From: Ktedonobacterales bacterium
GTDB taxonomy: Bacteria; Chloroflexota; Ktedonobacteria; Ktedonobacterales; JADMIN01
Direction of reading: 5' to 3'
Assembly (NCBI GenBank): GCA_030167145.1
Contig: CP126532.1
Coordinates: forward strand, 3,060,001 to 3,092,000
DNA length: 32,000 nucleotides
In this document: piece after piece, positions 16,539 through 23,986 of the stretch
Layout: the number at the start of each line of letters is the position of its first letter
How positions within the stretch are numbered: position 1 is the stretch's first letter
Translations under genes and position numbers: made by a program
Notes under the pieces: model-generated
What the model was told of the DNA's origin: nothing
The model's input: the letters and a program-made list of their open reading frames with translations, nothing else
Database searches by the model: none

Positions 16539-17267
16539 TCAATCAATGAAGTCTTCGGTGAGCCACACCTGCCCATTGATGTAGATGATGCCCAGGCCCA
16601 CCTGCGTAAACGCGGCATGGATGATGTTCCAGTGATGCTCATATGGCGTGAGTGGCTCGGCCATCATCCCGTCGTCAATCTGCGTGATGCCGCCATCCAC
16701 GCCCAACCCGCGTGCGATGCCGATATTCTCAGCCCAATAGACGAACGAGACGCCAGTCGCTTTCAGGCGCTGCAATGGCGCCGTGCCATCGCTGCTCATA
16801 TGGGTCATCTTCTGATGCTGGTACATATCGCACGAATGCTGGCGCGAAGCGACGGCCAGTTTCGTGTTGAGCTTGAGCGGCCCTACGCCCGCTGCCGCGC
16901 GATGCTTGTTGAGCAGCCCCAGTAAGAACTGCTCGGCTGCGACATCGGTCGAAGTGATCGTGCAGCCGTTGCCAGTGGTGGCCGCTGTGGGCGTGGGATG
17001 AACCGCCGTGGCGCTGGGGATGGGGGTCGCGCTGGATGCCTGCGCCACGAGTCCAGCGAGCGCGCCCTGCCCGCCCTGCGCGTGTGGCGTTGGTTGGGGT
17101 TGCCCTGCGCCGAAAGCCCGCGCCAGCCCCAGTGTGCCCAGCGCGATCACCGCCACCAGCACCACCACTGTCCCCGCCAGCGCCAGCAGCCGGGGCCAGC
17201 GTTCGCGGCTCAGCACGAACGAGAGGCCCAGCGCGGTGTACTCCGCGAACCGTGGCGGCAGCCGCAT
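16539..17267 (-). CDS. Membrane-anchored CAP (SCP/PR-1, YkwD-like) domain protein
   Basis: N-terminal TM helix (LLALAGTVVVLVAVIALGTLGL), a low-complexity linker, then LLNKHRAAAGVGPLKLNTKLAVASRQHSCDM...YWAENIG...HWNIIH. Confidence 0.8.
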   Translation of the reverse strand: MRLPPRFAEYTALGLSFVLSRERWPRLLALAGTVVVLVAVIALGTLGLARAFGAGQPQPTPHAQGGQGALAGLVAQASSATPIPSATAVHPTPTAATTGNGCTITSTDVAAEQFLLGLLNKHRAAAGVGPLKLNTKLAVASRQHSCDMYQHQKMTHMSSDGTAPLQRLKATGVSFVYWAENIGIARGLGVDGGITQIDDGMMAEPLTPYEHHWNIIHAAFTQVGLGIIYINGQVWLTEDFID

Positions 17268-17408
17268 CGCTCCATCCCCTTCCCCACATGTGCTTCCGTT
17301 GCTTCGGTGCGCTTGTGCTAAGGCAATGGTACACGCCTGCCCGTGTTTCGCTCCACCCTTCCCTTACCAATGGCCCACTCTACACCCGCCACCCACCCAG
17401 CAATGCCG

Positions 17409-18221
17409 TCACTTCGTCGCGCGCAGCGAGAAGAGCATCGGCAGCGTGGCGCGCGCATCGGGCCAGCGCCAATAGCCCCTCTCGCCTCGCGCCAGCGCGA
17501 GAAAGCGCTGGTAGTGCGCCAGCGGAAACTCATGGACGTATTCCAGCCGCAGCCCTGCCGCGATCAGCGCAGTGATGACCTCACCCAGCCCGTAGCTCCA
17601 GGCGAAGACCGTCCCATGCTCAGGGTCGCCAGTGGTGGCGCGCACATCCTCCGCGACCGGCTCCATGTTGTGGAAATAGGGATAGCGCGCCGCGAAGCGC
17701 TCCGCATCCGTGTTCGTGCCGTCGTCAGCGGCGGCAAGCATGTTGGCGAACGGGTGCATCTCGACCATGTAGAACACGCCGCCGGGCCGCACATAGCGCG
17801 CGACGACCTCGGCCCAGCGTGTGAGGTCGGACATCCAGCAGACCGCGCCATACGACGTGAAGACGATGTCGAACTGTTCGTTCAGCGCCGCTGGCAGCGC
17901 ATACAGATCCGAGCAGATGAATCGTGCATCGAGGCCTGTCTCAGCCGCCAGCTCCCGCGCCCGCGCAATGGCCGCATCCGCGATGTCCACGCCGGTCACG
18001 TGCGCGCCCAGCCGCGCCCACGAAAGGGTGTCGCTGCCCATGTTGCATTGCAGATGCAGTAGCGACTTGCCCGCCACATTCCCCAACTCGTCGCGCTCGA
18101 TGCCGCGCAAGCTGGAGCCGCTTGCCCGAAAAGTGGCTACATCCGCGTGATGATCAGACGCGGTGTGGTGATCCGTCCAGGCATTCCAGACGCCACGGTT
18201 GGCCTGCGTGTAGTCGCGCAT
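17409..18221 (-). CDS. Class I SAM-dependent methyltransferase
   Basis: Motif I LLHLQCNMGSDTLSWARLGAHVTGVDI. The post-I acidic residue and FDIVFTSYGA are also present. AAGGAG lies 8 nt before ATG 18221. The 18254 start in the track abuts the upstream terminator. Confidence 0.8.
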   Translation of the reverse strand: MRDYTQANRGVWNAWTDHHTASDHHADVATFRASGSSLRGIERDELGNVAGKSLLHLQCNMGSDTLSWARLGAHVTGVDIADAAIARARELAAETGLDARFICSDLYALPAALNEQFDIVFTSYGAVCWMSDLTRWAEVVARYVRPGGVFYMVEMHPFANMLAAADDGTNTDAERFAARYPYFHNMEPVAEDVRATTGDPEHGTVFAWSYGLGEVITALIAAGLRLEYVHEFPLAHYQRFLALARGERGYWRWPDARATLPMLFSLRATK

Positions 18222-18254
18222 CGTTCCTGCTCCTTGCTGCGCCATAGCGCACAT

Positions 18255-18287
18255 AATAAAACGAAAGGGGCATAATTGCCCCTTTCG
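18255..18287 (-). terminator. Classical rho-independent terminator of the aldehyde dehydrogenase gene
   Basis: Minus strand reads CGAAAGGGGC-AATTAT-GCCCCTTTCG, a perfect 10-bp stem, followed by TTTTATTAT. The hairpin lies 38 nt after the stop at 18326. Confidence 0.85.
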
Positions 18288-18325
18288 CCCTTCTTAGATC
18301 ACGTCGCACGAATTCGGCTATCGCC

Positions 18326-19813
18326 TCAGGCGTCTATCTGCGCGCGCTGGAGCTTGCCGCTGTAGTCTACGTACACCGCCTTCCACTCGGTGAAGAACTC
18401 CAGCGCGCCCAGGCCCGCTTCGCGATGGCCGTTGCCGGTGCCGCGCGTGCCCCCGAAGGGCAACTGGATCTCCGCGCCGATGGTGCCCGCGTTAATGTAG
18501 ACGATGCCAGTGGCAAGCTCGCGCATGGCGGTCTGTGCCGCGTTCACGTCGCGAGTAAAGATGCTGCTGGACAAACCGTACTTGGTGCCATTATTGACGG
18601 CGATGGCCTCATCCAGCGTGCCCACTTCGATCATCGAAAGCACCGGCCCAAAGATCTCTTCCTGCGCCACGCGCATGTTCGGCGTCACCCCACCGAGCAG
18701 CGTGGGCTTGTAGAAGCTGCCGCCAGCCAGCGCGCCATCGCTGGCCGGTTCGCCACCGCAGAGGATGCGTGCGCCATCCTGCCGGGCAACCTCCATGTAG
18801 CTATGCACATTCTTCTGCTGCCCCGCATTGATCAGCGGCCCGACATCGGTGGTGGATTCCAGTCCGTGGCCCAGCCGCAGGCTGGCGATGCGGTCGAGCA
18901 GCCGCCCCTCCAGATCACGCGCGACGCCGCGCTGCACGATCAAGCGGCTGCACGCGGTGCAACGCTGGCCGGTGGTGCCGAAGGCGCTCCACAGGATGCC
19001 ATCCACCGCGAGATCCAGGTCCGCGTCGTCCATGACGATGATCGCATTCTTGCCGCCAAGCTCCAGCGTCACCCGCTTCAGATTGCGCGCCGCCTCCACA
19101 TTCACCTCGCGGCCCACCTCGTTCGAGCCGGTGAAGGAGATTGCCGCCACGTCGGGGTGCCGCACCAGCGGCATGCCCACTTCGGAGCCGCTGCCCATCA
19201 CCAGATTCAGCACCCCCGCCGGAATCCCCGCATCGGCGAAGACCTCCACATACTTCAGCGCCGAGAGCGGCGTGTCGGTCGCGGGCTTCAGCACGACGGT
19301 ATTGCCGGCGATCAGCGCGGCCATCGTCTTCCAGCTTGGGATGGCGACAGGGAAGTTCCACGGCGTGACGCAGGCGACGACGCCCATCGGCTCGCGCATG
19401 CCATATGCCGCCTTGTTGGGCAGCTCGGCGGGCACGATCACACCGAAGAGCCGCCGCCCCTCGCCGGCCATGTAATACGCCATGTCTATGGCTTCCTGCA
19501 CATCTCCGCGCGCCTCCACCAGCACCTTGCCCATTTCGCGGGTGAGTGACCGGGCGATGTCTTCTTTGCGCTCTTCCAGCAGCCGCCCCACGCGATAGAG
19601 GATCTCGCCGCGTTTGGGCGCGGGTGTGCGCCGCCAGCCATCATACGCGGCCTTCGCGGCGGCCACCGCGCGATCCACGTCAGCCTGCGCCGAGCGCGGA
19701 AACAGGCCAATCAGGTCGCCATTGGCCGGATCGTGATTCTCGCTGGTGCGCCCGTCGTCGGCGGCGACCCATTCGCCAGCGATGTAGTTGCGATAGGTGG
19801 GGGTCTCGCTCAT
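18326..19813 (-). CDS. NAD(P)+-dependent aldehyde dehydrogenase
   Basis: ALDH glutamate-site motif LELGGKNA, catalytic Cys motif FGTTGQRCTA, full-length 495 aa. Confidence 0.9.
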   Translation of the reverse strand: MSETPTYRNYIAGEWVAADDGRTSENHDPANGDLIGLFPRSAQADVDRAVAAAKAAYDGWRRTPAPKRGEILYRVGRLLEERKEDIARSLTREMGKVLVEARGDVQEAIDMAYYMAGEGRRLFGVIVPAELPNKAAYGMREPMGVVACVTPWNFPVAIPSWKTMAALIAGNTVVLKPATDTPLSALKYVEVFADAGIPAGVLNLVMGSGSEVGMPLVRHPDVAAISFTGSNEVGREVNVEAARNLKRVTLELGGKNAIIVMDDADLDLAVDGILWSAFGTTGQRCTACSRLIVQRGVARDLEGRLLDRIASLRLGHGLESTTDVGPLINAGQQKNVHSYMEVARQDGARILCGGEPASDGALAGGSFYKPTLLGGVTPNMRVAQEEIFGPVLSMIEVGTLDEAIAVNNGTKYGLSSSIFTRDVNAAQTAMRELATGIVYINAGTIGAEIQLPFGGTRGTGNGHREAGLGALEFFTEWKAVYVDYSGKLQRAQIDA

Positions 19814-20011
19814 ATGATGTGTCTCTTTCTCCGTGGTTTGATGTGTAGGATGCTGTCCAAAGTCGTTCGTGCTCTGATTGTAGCATGAGCGAGGTCAAGC
19901 GAGACGGTTGACGCGGTCTACTACCAGCGTCCGCGCTGTACGTACATGGTAGGATGGGAGATAGGGCTGTCTGGCCCGCGCTTCTGACTGGCATCATCTC
20001 TCGCTACATCA

Positions 20012-21973
20012 GTGTGGAGCATCCATATGATTATCATCTGGCTGGCGGCTCTCGGCGCAACCATCGTAGTCGCGCTGCTCGTCGCGCTCGCGTTTCTCAC
20101 GGCTCGCGGTAAGCCGCTCGACACCCGCGCCATGGTGCGCTGGGCCGCTGGCCTGTGGGTCTTCAACTTCCTGCTCGACCTGGCGCTCCTCTATGTCGCC
20201 ATGCCCGCGCTCACCGGCCCCTACTGGGGTATGCAGTGGCTGCTGTGGCCGCTGCTGCTGACGGGCGTGCTGGCGCTCTTCGGAGGCAGTGTGGCCCAGG
20301 CGCGCGCCACACTCAATAGCTTTTCGCAGCAGGTCAATAGTGGCCGCGTGTTCAGCATCAGTGGCAGCCCGTTCGGTTCGTCTCGTCGCTCTGGCCGCGT
20401 CGTGGATGACCACCCCACGCAACGCGACCGCTCCGCGCCGCCACGCACCAGCGGCCTCGCCGGTGGGGCGGCTATCGTGCTGGTCTTCGTCATCGCCATC
20501 GCCGTCAACGGCGTGATTACCGTCAGCACCACGTGGTTCGATGGCAACGCCAAGGCGCTCGCTGCGATCCCGAAGATCCAGAGCGAACCGAAATCCGCCA
20601 CGCTGCCACCGACCGACGTGAACCATATCGTGCTGGTCTCGCGCGGGGTCGCCTCGTATCTGGGACAGCAGGTGCTCGCTTCCAGCGGCCAGAATCTCGG
20701 TTCCATCTATCACACAGACCGCACCGAATATACCCTGCAATCTATCAAAAACCACCTCTACTGGATCGCCCCGCTGGTCTACAACAACGTCTGGGCTAAC
20801 ATCGGCCACTGGGAAAGTCCTGGCTATGTCGTCGTGGACGCCGAAGACCCCAATGCCACGCCGCAGTTGCGCACTGGCTATCACCTGCGCTACCTGCCTG
20901 ATGCCATCCTGAACCAGGATCTGTTGCGTCACGTGTATCTCAGTGGCTACACCAATGGCGATTTGGTTGACCCCACGCTCGAAGTGGACGATAGCTGGAA
21001 CCCCTACTTCACCATTTCGCTGATGCAGCCAACGCGCGGCTTCACCGGTCAGGTGGTGCAGCGGGTGTTGCTGGTGGACCCACAATCCGGCGCAATCCAG
21101 AACCTTGCCCCCAACGCCGTCCCCGCATGGGTAGACCGCATCATCCCCGGCGATACCGTCGCCGACTATCTGACGTGGTGGGGTAAGTATGCGCATGCGC
21201 CCTGGTTCAATCCCTCTGGTAACGGCCAGCAGGCGCCGGACCTCGGCGACACCGGCCTGCCAGAACTGGTCTACAACTCGGTAGATAAACCCGTCTGGCT
21301 GGTGCCGATGACCTCTAGCGCCGCCAGCGACAACTCCAGCACCGGCGTCGTGCTTTTTGATACGCGCGACAACACCGGGCGCTTCTATCCGATTACCGGC
21401 ATCGGCGTGACCGCCAACGCGACGAACACCTTCAAGACCAACCCCGCCAACATCCGCAACTATGATGTCAGCAACGTCCAGCTCTACTCGATCTACGGCG
21501 AGCCGACGTGGGTCTGCACCTTCGTGCAAGAGAACGACTACGGGCAGAGCTTCCAGGCGGTGGGTATGGTGGATGCGCGGCATCTGAACGGCGCGGATGT
21601 CATCATGCAGCCGAACAAGACCGCCGCGCTGGCTGCCTACGCGCAGTGGCTTGCAGACCATAACGTCGCCGCTCCCGGCGTGACGCCAACGGGCAATAGT
21701 GTGACCCTGACCGGCAAGGTCGCGCGTGTCAACGCCGCCACGCAGAACGGCACGACGGTCTATTATCTCTATCTGGAAGGCCAGACGCGCATCTTCACCG
21801 CGGGCATCGCCCTCAGCCAGGAATTGCCGCTGGTTCAGCCGGGCGATACGGTGACGGTGACGTTCCTCGACACCGGCCAGAGCGTGGTGACGCTGACTGC
21901 CTTCGACGACCAGACGATTCAGGTCGCCGCTCCGACGGCGACCCCTGGCGCGACGGGCACACCCGCACCATAG
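20012..21973 (+). CDS. Polytopic membrane protein with a large extracytoplasmic domain, unknown function
   Basis: Three to four N-terminal TM helices, a Ser/Arg linker and a further TM (AAIVLVFVIAIAVNGVITV), then a ~470-aa soluble domain. No family recognised. Start is GTG 20012 or ATG 20027. Confidence 0.7.
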   Translation: MWSIHMIIIWLAALGATIVVALLVALAFLTARGKPLDTRAMVRWAAGLWVFNFLLDLALLYVAMPALTGPYWGMQWLLWPLLLTGVLALFGGSVAQARATLNSFSQQVNSGRVFSISGSPFGSSRRSGRVVDDHPTQRDRSAPPRTSGLAGGAAIVLVFVIAIAVNGVITVSTTWFDGNAKALAAIPKIQSEPKSATLPPTDVNHIVLVSRGVASYLGQQVLASSGQNLGSIYHTDRTEYTLQSIKNHLYWIAPLVYNNVWANIGHWESPGYVVVDAEDPNATPQLRTGYHLRYLPDAILNQDLLRHVYLSGYTNGDLVDPTLEVDDSWNPYFTISLMQPTRGFTGQVVQRVLLVDPQSGAIQNLAPNAVPAWVDRIIPGDTVADYLTWWGKYAHAPWFNPSGNGQQAPDLGDTGLPELVYNSVDKPVWLVPMTSSAASDNSSTGVVLFDTRDNTGRFYPITGIGVTANATNTFKTNPANIRNYDVSNVQLYSIYGEPTWVCTFVQENDYGQSFQAVGMVDARHLNGADVIMQPNKTAALAAYAQWLADHNVAAPGVTPTGNSVTLTGKVARVNAATQNGTTVYYLYLEGQTRIFTAGIALSQELPLVQPGDTVTVTFLDTGQSVVTLTAFDDQTIQVAAPTATPGATGTPAP

Positions 21974-21979
21974 CTGGCG

Positions 21980-23287
21980 CTACCGGCGTGGGGCGCGGCG
22001 GGCGTTGGCGACGTTGCTGGGGCGGTAGTCAGTGCCTTTGATGTCGGCGATACGCACCAGGCTCGCGTCGGAGAGGCGCGAGCGGATGCGCTCGTCCATC
22101 TGCGAGTGTAACCGCTGGTTGGTGGTGATGACGGTCGGCAGACGGTAGTTGTAGCGGTAATTGATCAGTTGAAAGAGCTTTTCCGTAGCCCACGCGGTGT
22201 TGTTCTCGGCTCCCAGGTCATCCAGCACCAGCAATTCGACTTCGCGGATGCGGTCGAACATCTCGTCGTAGGAAAGCTCGCTATTCGGGGCGAACGCGGC
22301 GCGCAGATGATCGAGTAGTTCGGGCACGATGGCGAAGTAGACCGATGATCCGCGTTCGAGCCGGTAATGGGCAATCGCTGCCGCTAGATGGGTTTTGCCG
22401 GTGCCATAGCTGCCCATCAGCACCAACCATTGCCAGCCGGGAGTCGCGCCGTTGGCGAGTTGCCACGCCGCCAGACGCGCATCTTTGATGCTGGCGGTGA
22501 TGCGCGTGTTCTCAGTATCGAATGTCTCAAATGTCTTGTTGCTGAAGGGCTTGAGGCTGAAGAAGCGATCTAGCTCGCTGAGGCGGATCTCTTCTTCGCG
22601 CTGTCGCCGCTCCTCGAACTCGCGTTCTTTGCAGCTACACGGCACCGGCTGCCCAAACGAAGGATGCCCCATCGGCACATTCACCCGCACGTAGCCCGCG
22701 CCGCCGCAATGCGGGCAAACTGGCGCCGGTGGGATTGGCTGCATCTCATTCTCGGCGTCGTGTTCGCGCGCATGGGTGCGTTGCTTGCGCCGCGCGGCGA
22801 GGTGCACTAGATAGCCTTCCATCGCCGCGCCTATTGGCTCGATGCCGCTTGGCCGGGCGAGCTGTACGCGCCCACGTGCGGCGCGCGATGGAGATGGTGG
22901 CACATCCAGCGCGTCTGCGTCGGATTCCTGGCGCGCGGACCTGCCGCGACTTCGCCCGCTGCCCGTGTGGGGCGCGTCCCCGGGCTGCCCACTGTCACGG
23001 CTAGACCAGACGAGGATCTTCTCGGATGCTGCCACGGGTTCTGCACTATCCGAGCTATCGGGCACGTTGCCAGCGCCATTGCTGAGAGCGGCGGTGGGCG
23101 CTTGTCCGGTGGCCAGGGCATCAGCTTCGATGGGGGGAAGAAACTGGCGCACGCGGCGAGTTCGCGCGGTGGCGCCGGGGGCGGTCCATGCGCCAGGGCG
23201 TCTGACCGAGGGACCGCGTTGCCGCGCTGGCGGCGCGGGATCGGGTTGTTTCGAGCGTCTATCGGGAGTATCGTTCGTAGGGGCCAT
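21980..23287 (-). CDS. DnaC/DnaI-like AAA+ helicase-loader ATPase with Zn-ribbon and a long disordered N-terminus
   Basis: Walker A LVLMGSYGTGKTHLA, Walker B ELLVLDDLG, sensor TTN. Zn-ribbon upstream: CPHCGGAGY...PVPCSC. GGGGGAG lies 7-8 nt before ATG 23287. The 23602 start in the track would overlap the upstream gene by 340 nt. Confidence 0.8.
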   Translation of the reverse strand: MAPTNDTPDRRSKQPDPAPPARQRGPSVRRPGAWTAPGATARTRRVRQFLPPIEADALATGQAPTAALSNGAGNVPDSSDSAEPVAASEKILVWSSRDSGQPGDAPHTGSGRSRGRSARQESDADALDVPPSPSRAARGRVQLARPSGIEPIGAAMEGYLVHLAARRKQRTHAREHDAENEMQPIPPAPVCPHCGGAGYVRVNVPMGHPSFGQPVPCSCKEREFEERRQREEEIRLSELDRFFSLKPFSNKTFETFDTENTRITASIKDARLAAWQLANGATPGWQWLVLMGSYGTGKTHLAAAIAHYRLERGSSVYFAIVPELLDHLRAAFAPNSELSYDEMFDRIREVELLVLDDLGAENNTAWATEKLFQLINYRYNYRLPTVITTNQRLHSQMDERIRSRLSDASLVRIADIKGTDYRPSNVANARRAPRR

Positions 23288-23966
23288 ACGCTTGCTCCCC
23301 CTTTCCATCACTATGCCAGCGCTTGAGTATCGCGCGAATGTAGCTCCACCGGCGTTTGTTCTGCTGCACCGCCAGCCGGAACGCCTCTTCAATCCATTCT
23401 GGCGGATAGGTTTCCGCTGCCTCGCGCAGTTCTTCGGCCAGCAGCGGCGGCAGCATACCAATATTCTGCTCGTAGAGTGCGAAGATGTTGGGACGCTCGG
23501 CTTCGAGGACGACGAGCCGCTGCCCGGCGAATGCGCTCGCGGCGGGGCCTTCGAGATCGAGCAGCAGATCCGGGGTCTGCTCGCCGCTTTGCAGTTGCGC
23601 AATGGCTCGGCGGCTGCGCTCCGTATGAAAGAAATACCACGTGACCAGTTCGTCGTCTACCTGCACCCGCAGCCGCAGGAGTGTCCCGCGCGCCAGCGCC
23701 GCGTCGAGCGCCGCGCGGAGCCGTTCTTCCAGCGGGCGGGGGTCGCCCGTGCGCTGGAGCGTGCGCCGCAGCACGGGGTCGGCGAGCATCTCGCGGTCGC
23801 TGGCGCAGCGCGGGCTGCCATACTTGCGATAGAGCAGCCAGAAGAGATAGAGCGTCACCTTGAGTTCGTTAAGGTCTTCGATCTCTGGCAGGATGGCGGT
23901 GAAGAATTGCTCCGGCAGCGGGATGAACGGACTCGCGCCGGAAGGGAATCCGGTGAAGGTGGGCAT
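23259..23966 (-). CDS. DnaD-domain (DnaB_2-type) replication initiation/helicase-loading protein
   Basis: C-terminal NIFALYEQNIGMLPPLLAEELREAAETYPPEWIEEAFRLAVQQNKRRWSYIRAILKRW is the DnaD C-terminal signature. GGAGAGGAG precedes the ATG. Only 20 nt separate it from the dnaB stop. Confidence 0.8.
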   Translation of the reverse strand: MPTFTGFPSGASPFIPLPEQFFTAILPEIEDLNELKVTLYLFWLLYRKYGSPRCASDREMLADPVLRRTLQRTGDPRPLEERLRAALDAALARGTLLRLRVQVDDELVTWYFFHTERSRRAIAQLQSGEQTPDLLLDLEGPAASAFAGQRLVVLEAERPNIFALYEQNIGMLPPLLAEELREAAETYPPEWIEEAFRLAVQQNKRRWSYIRAILKRWHSDGKGEQAYGPYERYSR

Positions 23967-23986
23967 AGGCTGCTGCTCCTCTCCGG

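Noticed and set aside
18425-19549. 374-aa + ORF, and other ORFs, antisense to the aldehyde dehydrogenase gene
   Set aside because: The minus frame carries unmistakable ALDH motifs (ELGGKN, GQRCTA). The antisense translation is low-complexity and Arg/His/Ala-rich.
20009-21661. 550-aa minus-strand ORF antisense to the membrane-protein gene
   Set aside because: It is a typical high-GC shadow ORF. Its translation is Arg/Gly/Ala/Val/His-rich with no motif, whereas the + frame gives coherent TM helices and a complex-composition domain. There is no SD.
21980-23602. Full 540-aa version of the loader ORF
   Set aside because: The first ~105 codons overlap the DnaD-like gene out of frame and have no SD. 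ATG 23287 has a strong GGGGGAG SD and gives a normal 29-nt operon overlap.
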